Shown one piece after another: positions 21,201 to 31,929 of a stretch of 64,000 nt of DNA. The notes beneath the pieces are model-generated. The model saw only the letters and a list, made by a program, of their open reading frames with translations, was not told where the DNA came from and did not search any database. The position numbers and the translations under genes were made by a program. Source of the stretch: an uncultured Actinomycetes bacterium (lineage in GTDB: Bacteria > Actinomycetota > UBA4738 > HRBIN12). Position 1 is the first letter of the stretch; every line of letters starts with the position of its first letter. Where the stretch lies: assembly GCA_963704885.1 (NCBI GenBank), contig CAVPIB010000004.1:480001-544000 (forward strand), given 5' to 3'.

Positions 21201-22325
21201 TCAGGTTCCACCCAGCTCGCGGACGCCCGTATCCTTGCCCTGCTCGGTCGCGTGTCGTTCCACGGCCAGATCCAGGAGTCGCTCCACCAGCTCGCCGTAC
21301 GTCAGGCCTGACGCCTCCCAGAGCTTGGGATACATCGATATCTGTGTGAACCCGGGGATCGTGTTGATCTCGTTAACCCAGAGCTCGTCCTCGCCTCGCA
21401 GGAAGAAGTCGACGCGCGCCATGCCGGCGCATTCCGCGGCGCGGAACGCCGTCACCGCCATCCGCTGGACCCTGTCCATCAGATCGGGCTTCAAGTCCGC
21501 CGGCACCTCGAGCCGGGCGCCCGCCTGGTCCAGATACTTCGCTTCGTAGTCGTAGAACTCGTGACCCGTGGGGACGACCTCGCCGGCGACCGACGCGACC
21601 GGATCGTCGTTGCCAAGAACCGCGCACTCGATCTCGCGGATACCTTGGAGGCCTTGCTCGACGACCGCCTTGCGGGCGTACCGGAAGGCCTCCCGCATGC
21701 CGGCATCGACCTCACCGGGAGTCCGCACCTTGGTGATGCCCACGGAGGAACCCAACGTTGCGGGCTTCGTGAACACCGGGAACCCCAAGCCGCCGACTCG
21801 AGCGGCGGCGCCCTCAGGGTCCTCGTCCCACTCGGACTCGCGCACCACCTCGTACGGCACGACGGGCAGTCCCGCCGCCGCGAAGAGCACCTTCTGTACC
21901 GCCTTGTCCATCCCGACGGCCGAGCCGAGAACCCCCGCCCCCACGTAGGGCACCCCCGCGAGCTCCAACAGCCCCTGCACCGCTCCGTCCTCTCCGCGCG
22001 GTCCGTGCAAGACCGGAAAGACCACGTCGATCGGCTGGCGCGAGCCGTCGGCGGCCACGAGCTCTCGCGATCCGGATCCGCCCTTCAGCTCCACCGCGTC
22101 GCCGGCGCCGGCGGTGACCGCAGGCATGACGCCAGACTCACTCGGGAGCGCGGGCGGCCCTGGGAGCCGGACCCACGTCCCCTCCCGGGTGATGCCGATC
22201 GCGAGTATCTCGTTCGTCGCGGCATCCAGGGCATCCATCACGGACCGGGCGGAGATACACGAGATCTCATGTTCGGCAGATCGGCCGCCGAACAAGACGG
22301 CGACGCGACGCCTTCGGTGGCTCAC
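21201..22325 (-). CDS. ddl: D-alanine--D-alanine ligase
   Basis: GGRSAEHEIS, LHGPRGEDG, GSSVG, EINTIPGFT. Confidence 0.96.
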   Translation of the reverse strand: MSHRRRRVAVLFGGRSAEHEISCISARSVMDALDAATNEILAIGITREGTWVRLPGPPALPSESGVMPAVTAGAGDAVELKGGSGSRELVAADGSRQPIDVVFPVLHGPRGEDGAVQGLLELAGVPYVGAGVLGSAVGMDKAVQKVLFAAAGLPVVPYEVVRESEWDEDPEGAAARVGGLGFPVFTKPATLGSSVGITKVRTPGEVDAGMREAFRYARKAVVEQGLQGIREIECAVLGNDDPVASVAGEVVPTGHEFYDYEAKYLDQAGARLEVPADLKPDLMDRVQRMAVTAFRAAECAGMARVDFFLRGEDELWVNEINTIPGFTQISMYPKLWEASGLTYGELVERLLDLAVERHATEQGKDTGVRELGGT

Positions 22326-23509
22326 ACCTTCTCCAGCGCCCGATCGAAGTCCTCGATGATGTCGTCGAGGTCCTCGAGCCCGACGCTTACCCTGACCAGA
22401 CTGTCGGCGATCCCCGCCCGCCGTCTGGCCTCCGGATCCATCTGCCGGTGCGTCGTCGAGGCTGCGTGGCTCACGAGCGTGTGTGCCCCGCCGAGGCTTG
22501 TGGCGACCCACGCCAGCTCCAGCGCGTCACAGAAGGCCTTGCCTCCGTCCACGCCGCCGGATACCTCGACCGCGAGCACCCCACCGCAGCCGTGCGGCAG
22601 GATCCTTTCCGCCACCGCCTTCTGCGGGTGGGAGTCGAGCGCCGGGTACCAGACGCGCTCCACCTTGGGATGGATCTCCAGGAACGTCGCAAGGCGTGAG
22701 GTGCTCTCACAATGCCGCTCCATCCGGAGCGAGAGCGTCACCAGTCCACGCATGCAGAGCCAAGCCTCGAACGGCGCCATGGTGCCGCCGGTGTCGATGA
22801 CGGTATCTCTCAGGCCCTCGCACGCTGCAGCGGACGCGCAGACCACGCCGCCTATCAGGTCGTTGTGTCCCCCGATGAACTTGGTCGCCGAGTGCAAGAC
22901 GTAGTCGAATCCGTACCCCGTGGGGTTGCTCAGGTAGGGCGACGCGAACGTGCCGTCGACGACCGCGGGGATACCCTCGGCCCGGCAGAGCGCGCCGAGG
23001 GTCTCCAGGTCGGCCACGGTCACGTTCGGGTTGGCGATCGTCTCCACGTAGAAGAACGCTGCGCCCGGCAGGGCCGCGGCGACCGCATCCAGATCATGCG
23101 GATCCACCAGGTCGACGGCGATGCCGTAGCGGGGCATCACCTTCGTGAACAGCGAGTACGCGCCGCCGTAGAGCTCGTTGCTCGAGACTATGCGATCGCC
23201 CGACGCCGCCAGCGTGGTGAAGACCGTGTGCATGGCCGCCATCCCCGACGCGAACGAGAACGCGCTCTCGGTGCCCTCAAGGTCTGCCATGAGCGCCTCG
23301 AACGCCTGGGTGGTGGGGTTCCCGTAGCCGCGCGTATACGTGAACCCGGGTTCGCGGAAGCTGATGGTGTCCGCGTAGTGGTCCGAGTCGGCGAACCGAT
23401 ACATGGAGGTCTGGAAGATCGGCACGCTCGGGGTCTCTTGGTCGATCCAAGGCGTCTTGGCCCCGTGGACGGCCCTCGTCGAGAAGCGGCGTCCCCTCTC
23501 GTCGGCCAT
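22322..23509 (-). CDS. Cys/Met metabolism PLP enzyme (cystathionine gamma-synthase / methionine gamma-lyase family)
   Basis: YTRGYGNPT, FASGMAA, HSATKFIGGH, RVSVGLE. Confidence 0.88.
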   Translation of the reverse strand: MADERGRRFSTRAVHGAKTPWIDQETPSVPIFQTSMYRFADSDHYADTISFREPGFTYTRGYGNPTTQAFEALMADLEGTESAFSFASGMAAMHTVFTTLAASGDRIVSSNELYGGAYSLFTKVMPRYGIAVDLVDPHDLDAVAAALPGAAFFYVETIANPNVTVADLETLGALCRAEGIPAVVDGTFASPYLSNPTGYGFDYVLHSATKFIGGHNDLIGGVVCASAAACEGLRDTVIDTGGTMAPFEAWLCMRGLVTLSLRMERHCESTSRLATFLEIHPKVERVWYPALDSHPQKAVAERILPHGCGGVLAVEVSGGVDGGKAFCDALELAWVATSLGGAHTLVSHAASTTHRQMDPEARRRAGIADSLVRVSVGLEDLDDIIEDFDRALEKV

Positions 23510-23519
23510 GAACTCCAGC

Positions 23520-24218
23520 CTACCCGTCGGTCGCCCAGCGCTTCGGGTACCGGGTCCGTAGATCCTCCGCCACGACCGTGATCGCGGCCATGAGCTCGGC
23601 GGTCATAGAATGCAGCGCCTCGAGGTCGTTGGCCTGGTCCGCTCTCTCCGAGAAGTCGAGCGGAGGCCCGGTCTTCGTCCAGATCGGACGCCCGAACTTC
23701 AAGCTGCCCATGCCGGACTTCTGCCACACGGCCCGAGAGCCCCAGCTCGCCATCGGGAGGATGGGGACGCCGCTCATGAGCGATAGGCGAACGGTTCCGG
23801 TCTTGCCGCCCATCGGGAGGGAATCGGCCCGGTCGGTCACCGTTCCCTCCGGGTAGACGAGCACCACCTCCCCCGCCTCGAGTGCCTCCTGCGCCTCACG
23901 GAGCGGGGTCTGGTCACCGGTCCCGCGGCTCACCGGGATCTGACCGGCGCCGCGGAGCGCCGTGCCCACCACCGGGATATCGAACAGTTGGTCCTTCGCT
24001 AGGAACCGCGGACGACGGCCTCGGCGGATAACGGCCTCGGCGTTCGCGAACGGATCGAGGTAAGAGATGTGGTTACAGGCGATGAGGGCCGGCCCCTCGG
24101 CGGGGATGCGTTCGAGCTCCTCGAACCGCCACGAGAACCAGAGCCTCACCGGCGGAAGCCCGACGGCCTTCGCGACGTGGTACCAGGGTTCCAGTGGACG
24201 ACCTCCGTCTCCGCCCAC
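23520..24218 (-). CDS. Lysophospholipid acyltransferase (PlsC family)
   Basis: NHISYLD, YPEGT. Confidence 0.88.
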   Translation of the reverse strand: MGGDGGRPLEPWYHVAKAVGLPPVRLWFSWRFEELERIPAEGPALIACNHISYLDPFANAEAVIRRGRRPRFLAKDQLFDIPVVGTALRGAGQIPVSRGTGDQTPLREAQEALEAGEVVLVYPEGTVTDRADSLPMGGKTGTVRLSLMSGVPILPMASWGSRAVWQKSGMGSLKFGRPIWTKTGPPLDFSERADQANDLEALHSMTAELMAAITVVAEDLRTRYPKRWATDG

Positions 24219-24219
24219 G

Positions 24220-24873
24220 CTAGTGATGGTCCCTCTGGTCGGCGTCGGGGCGCAGACGGTCGAGCAGCCGCCACGCCAGGGGCAGCACACCGGCGGCCGC
24301 CATAAGCTTCAACGTGTCGCCGATGATGAATGGGTACAGCCCGAACGAGAGCGCCGTCTCAAGCGTCACCGGTGCCCCTTCGATCTCCGGTGGCAGCGCG
24401 TGGTAGAGCCACGGAACGCCTACCGCGTAGATGACGATCGAGCCGAGCAACATGGCGCCGATCGAGCTCCGGAGCGAGCGGTCCCAACCGCGGCGGGCGA
24501 GCCAGCCGACCACGGCGGCGGCGAGCACGAAGCCCCACAGGTACCCACCGGTGAGCGAGCCCGCGCGTAACACGGCCAGACCGGTGTCGTGGGAGCCGCT
24601 GGGGTCCGGGGCGAACACAGGGAGCCCCACCACCCCCCACAGCAGGTACAACCCCAGCGTGGCGGCCCCCAGCCCCGGGCCGTAGGCCGCCCCCACCAGT
24701 AGGACGCCGAGCGTCTGTCCGGTTACAGGAACCGGCGTGAACGGCAGGTTGAACGAGATCTGTGCCAGGCCGGCGATCAGCGCGCTGCCGGTCAGAGCGC
24801 ACGCGATCTGGAACGCGACGCGGGCTCCCGCCTGCGACCGCGGGGGCGCCAGGGTGAGCGCGATCGTGGACAC
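24220..24873 (-). CDS. bioY: Biotin transporter BioY
   Basis: PFTPVPVTGQT, GLPVFA, TGGYLWGF, PFIIGD. Confidence 0.9.
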   Translation of the reverse strand: MSTIALTLAPPRSQAGARVAFQIACALTGSALIAGLAQISFNLPFTPVPVTGQTLGVLLVGAAYGPGLGAATLGLYLLWGVVGLPVFAPDPSGSHDTGLAVLRAGSLTGGYLWGFVLAAAVVGWLARRGWDRSLRSSIGAMLLGSIVIYAVGVPWLYHALPPEIEGAPVTLETALSFGLYPFIIGDTLKLMAAAGVLPLAWRLLDRLRPDADQRDHH

Positions 24874-24940
24874 GTTGGAGACCCTCCTCCTGTGGTTGGG
24901 AGTGAGGTTACCGCGCGCGGTGGGCTACCCTTGGCACCCC

Positions 24941-25585
24941 GTGCGCGCCATCGTCCTGCCCGTGAAGTCCTTGTCCGAGACGAAGTCCCGCCTGTCTCCG
25001 GTGCTCTCGCTGCTCGAACGCGGGGCTCTCACCTTGGCGATGCTCGAAGACGTCATGGACGCGACCCAGGCCATGGCGGGGTGGGAGACCTGGGTGATCT
25101 CTCCCGACGAGGCCGTCTTGGAGGTAGCCGTCACGCGTGGTGCGCGTGCGATCATCGAGGAGAAGCCCCCTTTGTCGAACGCGATCCGCCAGGTGGAAGA
25201 GGAGGCGACGGGGCGGTCGGTGGACGCGCTCGCCGTGCTTCTGCCCGATACTCCGCTGGTAACGACGGAGGCGCTCACGCGGGCGCTGCATACGCTCGGA
25301 CCGGTGGTGCTTGCCCCCTCCACGGACGAGGGCGGAACGAACCTGCTGGTCCGCCGGCCGCCGAGCGCGATCCACGCGCGGTTCGGCACGGATTCGTATC
25401 GCAAACATCTCGAGGCCGCCGCCCTGGCGGATCTGCCCACGGCGGTGGTCGAGACGCCCGAGCTCGGCTTCGACCTGGACCTCCCGGCAGATATCCTCAC
25501 GGTGCTCGAGGCGCGGCGAGGTGGCCGGACGCGGGCGGTATGCCTGGACATGGACCTCCCGGCGCGCATCGGGACCCGCACCTGA
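24941..25585 (+). CDS. cofC: 2-phospho-L-lactate/PEP guanylyltransferase (F420 synthesis)
   Basis: LPVKSLSETKSRL, DTPL, GGTN, FGTDSY, DLDLPAD. Confidence 0.88.
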   Translation: MRAIVLPVKSLSETKSRLSPVLSLLERGALTLAMLEDVMDATQAMAGWETWVISPDEAVLEVAVTRGARAIIEEKPPLSNAIRQVEEEATGRSVDALAVLLPDTPLVTTEALTRALHTLGPVVLAPSTDEGGTNLLVRRPPSAIHARFGTDSYRKHLEAAALADLPTAVVETPELGFDLDLPADILTVLEARRGGRTRAVCLDMDLPARIGTRT

Positions 25586-25601
25586 AGACGAGGAGATCAC
25601 G

Positions 25602-25811
25602 GTGGCCCAAGGAACGATCAAGGAGTTCGACGGACCCAGTCGGAGCGGCTCGCTCCTGATGGAGGACCGCACGGAGGTCGCGATCGATGCGACGTCCCTG
25701 GAGGGAGCCGGGCTTCGCACGCTCCGGATCGGGCAGCGCGTGAAGTTCGACCTCTCCGACGAGGCCGGGCGCAAGGTGGCCCGGTCGCTCCGGATCGTGA
25801 CGATCGACTAG
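25602..25811 (+). CDS. Small OB-fold/cold-shock-like protein
   Basis: VAQGTIKEFD..LRTLRIGQRVKF; GAGGAG RBS. Confidence 0.7.
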   Translation: MAQGTIKEFDGPSRSGSLLMEDRTEVAIDATSLEGAGLRTLRIGQRVKFDLSDEAGRKVARSLRIVTID

Positions 25812-26107
25812 CCCTTCTTCTTGCGTCCCTTCGTCAAGACCTGCTGGCGGAACTCTTTGCCGGGCGTGAACGCCGGCAGATCGCGGGCAGGCACCACGAT
25901 CGGAACGTCGGGTCGGCGGGGATTCCTTGCGACGCGCTGGTTACGGTGCTTGCGTTCGAACGTGCCGAAGTCGGCGAGTGTCACCCGCTCGCCTTTCACG
26001 ACCGTCTCGCGGATGGCGTCGATGGCCGCGTCCACGGCTCTGCCGACATCCGCCTTGCTGAGACCCGTTCGCTTGGAGACCTCTGCGACCAAGCCACCTT
26101 TGTTCAT
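25808..26107 (-). CDS. hup: HU family DNA-binding protein
   Basis: MNKGGLV..GERVTLADFGTF..ARNPR..PAFTPGKEF. Confidence 0.92.
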   Translation of the reverse strand: MNKGGLVAEVSKRTGLSKADVGRAVDAAIDAIRETVVKGERVTLADFGTFERKHRNQRVARNPRRPDVPIVVPARDLPAFTPGKEFRQQVLTKGRKKKG

Positions 26108-26224
26108 GGACGCGCTCCCTCCGAGGTCGTCTGGCGTTCGGGTCACCGTAGTCCCAAGCGGCGCAAGGGGTCAAACCGGGTCCGCGCGTTCAAGAACCGC
26201 GGCTCAGAGAACGATGATGGATGG

Positions 26225-27097
26225 ATGAGGAACCTCGTCGCCGGGCTCGTGCTCGCGGTATCGCTCGTAGGTTGCGCCAACGCCCCGAGCGCCGGTGACG
26301 GCGGTGGAGCGATCGATCCCGCCGCGATCTTGATCGCGGCGGCCGAGAAGACGGAGGCGGCGGGCTCCGCCCATCTGGCGTTCGCCTTCTCGGTCCAGTC
26401 GGGAGACACCGCCCAGTCGTTCACCGGGGACGCCGACGTCAACTTCGGCAACGGCGATCCCGCGACCGCCGAGGCCCATATGCGATTCGCGTTCCCGAAG
26501 ACGCTGGGGATGGACATCGGTTCCATGGAGATGACCCTCGACGCGGGACCGGTCGTCTACTTGAAGTCCCCGGTCTTCACCGAGATGCTCGGTGCGCCCA
26601 CTCCATGGATCAAGATCGATCCCGCCACGGTCCCCGGGATGGCCGGCCAGCTGGGGTCACTCACCGGTGGCCAGTCCGACCCGACCGGCTCCCTGACGAT
26701 GCTCTACGGCCTGGTCGACGTGAAGGAGATCGGCGTGGAGGCGGTCGATGGGACCCAGGCGACCCACTACCGCGCCACGTTCGACCTCGCCAAAGCGCTC
26801 GAGCAGATCCCGGCCGCCCATCGCGAGGCGCTTCAACAGGCGATGGACGGGATGAAGCAACAGACGGGGGGTCACGACCTCACGAGCATGCCGATCGACA
26901 TCTGGGTGGATGACGATGGATACCTGAAGCAGCTTCAGTACGTCTTCGAGATCTCAGAAGGGGCGACCGGCGATGGGGGCTCGTTCGGGATGATCCTGAC
27001 GCTCTCGAACGTGGGCGATCCGGTGGATATCCAGCCGCCCCCGGCAGATCAGGTGACGGACGTCCTCGACCTGGCGCCGTCCACAGCCACGCCGTAG
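26225..27097 (+). CDS. Lipoprotein, LppX/LprAFG-like
   Basis: Lipobox LVGC; PWIKID, VDGTQATHY, WVDDDG. Confidence 0.75.
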   Translation: MRNLVAGLVLAVSLVGCANAPSAGDGGGAIDPAAILIAAAEKTEAAGSAHLAFAFSVQSGDTAQSFTGDADVNFGNGDPATAEAHMRFAFPKTLGMDIGSMEMTLDAGPVVYLKSPVFTEMLGAPTPWIKIDPATVPGMAGQLGSLTGGQSDPTGSLTMLYGLVDVKEIGVEAVDGTQATHYRATFDLAKALEQIPAAHREALQQAMDGMKQQTGGHDLTSMPIDIWVDDDGYLKQLQYVFEISEGATGDGGSFGMILTLSNVGDPVDIQPPPADQVTDVLDLAPSTATP

Positions 27098-27160
27098 CTG
27101 CTCGGTCCACGACCGGGTAGTTGGTATCCTGCCCCTCGAGTCGGCAACGGCTCGACACGG

Positions 27161-27231
27161 TGGCCCGTGGGGTAATGGTAGCCCGACTGACTCTGGATCA
27201 GTTAGTCTTGGTTCGAATCCAGGCGGGCCAG
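27161..27231 (+). tRNA. tRNA-Gln(CTG), CCA not encoded
   Basis: tggcccg/cgggcca acceptor stem, anticodon arm actga-ctCTGga-tcagt, GGTTCGAATCC. Confidence 0.96.
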
Positions 27232-27262
27232 CTAGGTTGCAGCGCAGACGCTCTCGAGACCC

Positions 27263-28882
27263 TCAGTTCCGCAGTGGCCAGAGATCCAGGATCAGCGGTG
27301 GGAGCGGCTGCTGAGTGAAGTCGAAGTCGTCGGCCAGATCTCCAAGGATCGCCACTTCCTCACGCACCGTCGGTCTGGAGTCGGGCCAGCCGTCGGTCGC
27401 GGGATCTAGCCGAGCCCCGCCCAAGAACCGATCCTCGATCAGCTTCAGATACGCGTCGTAAGACAAGACCTGGTGGTCGATGAAGCCGGGCCTCGCCCAT
27501 GGGCTGATGACCATGCTGGGCACGCGGAGCCCCCAGCCGTTCTCGTCCACCACGGGCGGCTCCACGTGGTCGTAGAACCCGCCCCAGTCGTCCCACACCA
27601 AGAAGATCGCCGATCGTTCCCATGCGGGGCCAGCCATGACGGCGTTCACGATCTTCGTCACCCACGACATGCCATCCTGGATGTTGTCCGGAGGATGCTC
27701 GGCCCGGTCCACCACCGGCATCACCCACGACACCGAGGGGATATCGCCGGTCCTGGCGCCCCGGAAGAACTCTGTGTTGGGCCTGATCTCGCTCAACTGT
27801 CCGGTCGCCTGCACGGACAGGAACCCCGGCAGAGGGTTCTGCACCGGGGCGGTCTCTATGCCCATGAGGTCCTCGCACGGCGGCGCGATACAGGTTCCCG
27901 GACCCACGTAGTAAGACCAGCTGACGCCGTGGGTGTAGAGCATCCACGTTATGTCCGCCCAGATGAAGGGGCGCGGGCCGCCGTCGGCCGGGACCCACTG
28001 CTTCCCCGTCTTGGCCCAGATCCCACCGGGGAACTGCTGGTCGGACGAGCAGCTCATGGGATCTTCCAGGTCCGTGCAGGTTGCCGACCAGCCCGAGACC
28101 AGGAACAGATGCGCGGGAAGCGTCCACGAGTCGGTCGGCGCGAACATGCGGTCGTGCAGCGTGAAGGCCTTCGCGTAGGCCCAGTAGTTCGGGATCTCCG
28201 CCTCGGTGTGATAGCCCATGACATCGGGCTGACCCTGGGGCCCGTCCTTCGACTGCCTGCACGGGAACTCCTCCGGATGCTTCATGCAGCCGTTCCCGAT
28301 CGCTCGGAGGGACCGTACGAATCCGTCCATCTGACCGCCGTTGATGTCGATGTCCGACGCGATCTCACCGTGGGGGCCGGCCTGATCGAACGTGTTCGTG
28401 TCGTGGTAGGGGCGATGGCAGACCCCGGGCTGATCGGGATCCGGGACGCACACATCGATCCTGCCTTGATCGTCGAGCGGGAACCCGTCAGCCCCGGGGA
28501 AGGTCCCGAAATAGTGATCGAAGGACCGGTTCTCCATGACGATGAAGATCAGGTGATCCAGGTTGAAGATCCCCGCCTCGGGATCGATCGGACGCTCGGG
28601 GTCTGGGCTCGGGCTCGGTTCGGGGGGATCCTCGAGCAACGAGGTGTCGACTCCGTTCGGAGCGGCGTCAGGGTCCGGCTCGTCGACCAGGTTCGGAGCG
28701 CCGAGCACCCCCTTAGGTGACGGCTCATCCGACGGCGCCGAGCTCGTGGACGCCGAGGTAGGAGACGCCGCGCTGGCGGCAGGGCTCCCGGATGGCTCGG
28801 CTCCCCCTCCCGTGCATGCGGCCGCCACCATCGCCGCGAAGGTCACAGAGGCCATCGTCCTGAGGGGTTCGCGGCGCGCCAT
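27263..28882 (-). CDS. Phosphoesterase (phospholipase C/AcpA family), lipoprotein-like paralog 3
   Basis: [38 protein letters not shown]; AAAC lipobox. Confidence 0.88.
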   Translation of the reverse strand: MARREPLRTMASVTFAAMVAAACTGGGAEPSGSPAASAASPTSASTSSAPSDEPSPKGVLGAPNLVDEPDPDAAPNGVDTSLLEDPPEPSPSPDPERPIDPEAGIFNLDHLIFIVMENRSFDHYFGTFPGADGFPLDDQGRIDVCVPDPDQPGVCHRPYHDTNTFDQAGPHGEIASDIDINGGQMDGFVRSLRAIGNGCMKHPEEFPCRQSKDGPQGQPDVMGYHTEAEIPNYWAYAKAFTLHDRMFAPTDSWTLPAHLFLVSGWSATCTDLEDPMSCSSDQQFPGGIWAKTGKQWVPADGGPRPFIWADITWMLYTHGVSWSYYVGPGTCIAPPCEDLMGIETAPVQNPLPGFLSVQATGQLSEIRPNTEFFRGARTGDIPSVSWVMPVVDRAEHPPDNIQDGMSWVTKIVNAVMAGPAWERSAIFLVWDDWGGFYDHVEPPVVDENGWGLRVPSMVISPWARPGFIDHQVLSYDAYLKLIEDRFLGGARLDPATDGWPDSRPTVREEVAILGDLADDFDFTQQPLPPLILDLWPLRN

Positions 28883-30363
28883 CAGCGATCCGGCCAGGGG
28901 TCGAGGATCAACGGCGGGATCGGCTCCTGATCGAAGTTGAACTCGAGCGCCAGGTCGCCCAACACGGGCACGTCCTCGCGGACCGTGGGCCGCGAATCCG
29001 GCCACCCATCGGTTCTCGGATCCAGACGCTCCCCGTCCAGGAACAGGTCCTCGATGAACTTCAGGTACGCGTCGAAGGAGAACGTCTGATGATCCACGAA
29101 ACCCGGTCTCGCCCAGGGGCTGATCAGCAGACCGGGAACCCGGATCCCGTAACCGTTGGCGTCCACCTTCGGTGGCTCCAGGTGGTCGTAGAACCCTCCC
29201 CAGTCGTCCCAGGTGATGAAGATGGCCGTGTGCAGCCAATCGGGTCCCTTCATGGCAGCGTTCACCACCTTGGTCACCCAGGCCTGTCCGTTGCCGATGT
29301 CGTCGGGGGGGTGTTCGCCCCTATTGACGGTGGGCATGACCCACGAGACCGCCGGCAGGGTCCCGTCGGCGGCCGCGCGGAAGTAGTGATCGTTCGACTT
29401 GATGTTCTTGAGCTGATGGTTCACCGCGACGGTCTTGAAGCCCGGCAGCGTGTTCTGTACAGGAACCGTGTCCTCCTGGTCGGGCTTCGGACCGCACCCG
29501 GGACGCAGGCACGTGCCCGAACCCACGTAGTAGGCCCAGCTGACGTGGTGCTTGTGGAGCAGCCAAGTGATGTCCGCCCAGATGTAGGGGCGGGGTGCGC
29601 CGTCGGCGGGCCTCCATGTCCTCCCATTGTCCGCGGCGTTGCGGCCGGGCAGATCCAGGTCGGAGCGGCAGCTCATAGGATCTTTCAGGTCGGGACAGGT
29701 GGCGGCCCAACCCGAGACTAGGTACAGGTGCGCCGGCAGGGTCCACGAAGACTGCGGAGCGAACATGCGGTCCTGAAGCGTGAAATGCCGAGCGTAGGCC
29801 CAGTAGTTCGGGATCTCGGCGGCCGTGTGGTAGCCCATGATGTCGGGTTGACCGGCGGGGCCCGGATCCGCCTGCCGGCAGGCGTAGGGATCTGGTCTCT
29901 TCTCGCATCCGTTGCCGTACCGGCGCAGAGCCCGGACGAACCCGTCCATCCGACCACCGCCGATCGACATCAGCGACCCTGCCATCCCGTGTGGCCCTCC
30001 TCGATCGAACCGGTTCGTGTCGTGGTAGGGACGCCGGCATCGATCGGACTCGGGATCCGGAAGGCAGACGTCGATGCGGCCGCGCGCATCGCGCGGGAAG
30101 CCCTCCGCACCCGGGAACGTGCCGAAGTAATGGTCGAACGACCGGTTCTCCTGCACCACCACGATGACGTGGCGGATGTTGTTGATCCCGATGTCGGGGT
30201 CGATGGGTGGGTCCAGGGACGGGCGTGGCGTTGGACTAGCGGCGGCGAGCGCCTGCACACCGGGTTCGGTGGGTCCCGCCGGTTCGCCGCTGCAAGCTGC
30301 GGCGACGATCGCCCCCAGGCACAACAGCGCGACCGGCATCGCGTTGCGTGAGGGTGGCCGCAT
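28882..30363 (-). CDS. Phosphoesterase (phospholipase C/AcpA family), lipoprotein-like paralog 2
   Basis: [28 protein letters not shown]; AAAC lipobox. Confidence 0.88.
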   Translation of the reverse strand: MRPPSRNAMPVALLCLGAIVAAACSGEPAGPTEPGVQALAAASPTPRPSLDPPIDPDIGINNIRHVIVVVQENRSFDHYFGTFPGAEGFPRDARGRIDVCLPDPESDRCRRPYHDTNRFDRGGPHGMAGSLMSIGGGRMDGFVRALRRYGNGCEKRPDPYACRQADPGPAGQPDIMGYHTAAEIPNYWAYARHFTLQDRMFAPQSSWTLPAHLYLVSGWAATCPDLKDPMSCRSDLDLPGRNAADNGRTWRPADGAPRPYIWADITWLLHKHHVSWAYYVGSGTCLRPGCGPKPDQEDTVPVQNTLPGFKTVAVNHQLKNIKSNDHYFRAAADGTLPAVSWVMPTVNRGEHPPDDIGNGQAWVTKVVNAAMKGPDWLHTAIFITWDDWGGFYDHLEPPKVDANGYGIRVPGLLISPWARPGFVDHQTFSFDAYLKFIEDLFLDGERLDPRTDGWPDSRPTVREDVPVLGDLALEFNFDQEPIPPLILDPWPDR

Positions 30364-30410
30364 CGAGGACCGATGCTACCCGGTCGGTCCCCTCACCTCC
30401 CAGGCGGCCC

Positions 30411-31847
30411 CTAAGGCCGCGGGTCCAGGACGAGCGGAGGGAGCGGGACCTGCGTGAAGTCGAACTCCAGGGACAGGTCACCCAGCCGAGTGGCGTTCTC
30501 TCTAACGGTCGGCCGCGAGTCCGGCCAGCCGTCGGTCAGAGGATCGAGACGGGCGCCGCCGAGGAACAGATCCTCGATGAACTTCAGGTAAGCGTCGAAG
30601 GATAGGGTCTGGTGGTCGATCATGCCGCGGCGTGCCCATGGGCTGATCATGATCCCCGGCACACGGATGCCGTAGCCGTTCTCGTCGATCCTGATCGGCT
30701 TCACGTGATCGTAGAAACCGCCCCAGTCGTCCCAGGTGATGAAGATGGCCGTGTGGAGCCACTGCTCCTCCGGCCCGGTCATGACCGCGTTCACGACCTT
30801 CGTCACCCACTCCTGCCCGTCGGCGATGTCGTCGGGCGGATGCTCGCTCTTGCCGATGGTCGGCACGACCCAGGAAACCGAGGGCAGCGTGCCGCTCGCT
30901 GCGGAGTCGAAGAACTCGGTGTTCGCTCGGATGTTCTTGAACTGTTTGGTGACCTCGATCGTCTTGAACCCGGGGAGCGGGTTCATTATCGGGTTGGTGC
31001 TCTCCTGGGTGGGCTTGCTGCAGGGGGGCTTGATGCAGGAGTCCTTCCCCACGTAGTACGCCCAGCTGATCCCGTGGTTGTAGAGCAACCAGGTGATGTC
31101 CGCCCAGACGTAGGGGCGGGGCTTCCCGTCGGCAGGCACCCAGTACCGACCATCATCGGCCGCGTTGCGGCCGGGGAACCGCTGCTCCGAGCGACAACTC
31201 ATCGGGTCGTTCAGGTCCGGGCAGGTGGCCGACCACCCGGAGACTAGGTACAGGTGCGCCGGTAACGTCCACGAGTCCGACGGCGCGAACATCCGATCCT
31301 GGAGCGTGTACTTCTGGGCGTAGCGCCAATAGTTCGGGATCTCGCGGTTGTCGTGGTACCCCATCACGTCCGGCGTGCCATGCGGTCCCGGCTTGGCCTG
31401 ATCACACCCCGTTCGATCAGGGTTCGCGTTGCAAGCGTTGCCGATGCGGCGAAGAGCCACGACGGTGCCGTCCATCTTGCCCTTGTTGATGGTGAGACGC
31501 GACGCCTTCTCGTTGTGGGGTCCGCCCGCGTCGAGCGTGTTCGTGTCGTGGAAGGGCCGACGACAAACGGTCGAATCCGGGTCCGGGATGCAAACGTCGA
31601 TCTCGCCTCCGGCGGTGCGCTGGAACCCGTCGGCTCCGGGGTAGGTCCCGAAGTAATGATCGAACGACCTGTTCTCCTGCACGATGAAGATCACGTGCTC
31701 GATGTTCTTGATCCCCAGCGCGGGATCGATGGCGCTCGGCTGCTGACGCGCTGCGACGGCAGGAGGCTCAGACCCGATCGTGCCCGCAACGACGGCGCTC
31801 GCCAGAACCACGAGCGTGACGACACGGGGAAGTCTCCGCCGAACCAT
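30411..31847 (-). CDS. Phosphoesterase (phospholipase C/AcpA family), secreted paralog 1
   Basis: [29 protein letters not shown]; signal peptide without lipobox Cys. Confidence 0.88.
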   Translation of the reverse strand: MVRRRLPRVVTLVVLASAVVAGTIGSEPPAVAARQQPSAIDPALGIKNIEHVIFIVQENRSFDHYFGTYPGADGFQRTAGGEIDVCIPDPDSTVCRRPFHDTNTLDAGGPHNEKASRLTINKGKMDGTVVALRRIGNACNANPDRTGCDQAKPGPHGTPDVMGYHDNREIPNYWRYAQKYTLQDRMFAPSDSWTLPAHLYLVSGWSATCPDLNDPMSCRSEQRFPGRNAADDGRYWVPADGKPRPYVWADITWLLYNHGISWAYYVGKDSCIKPPCSKPTQESTNPIMNPLPGFKTIEVTKQFKNIRANTEFFDSAASGTLPSVSWVVPTIGKSEHPPDDIADGQEWVTKVVNAVMTGPEEQWLHTAIFITWDDWGGFYDHVKPIRIDENGYGIRVPGIMISPWARRGMIDHQTLSFDAYLKFIEDLFLGGARLDPLTDGWPDSRPTVRENATRLGDLSLEFDFTQVPLPPLVLDPRP

Positions 31848-31929
31848 GATCGCCCATGGTATCGGTCAGGGCGGGCCAAGACCTTGACGTTCCGATGGGT
31901 AGCATGGCGGACGACGCGAAGGAGGCCAA

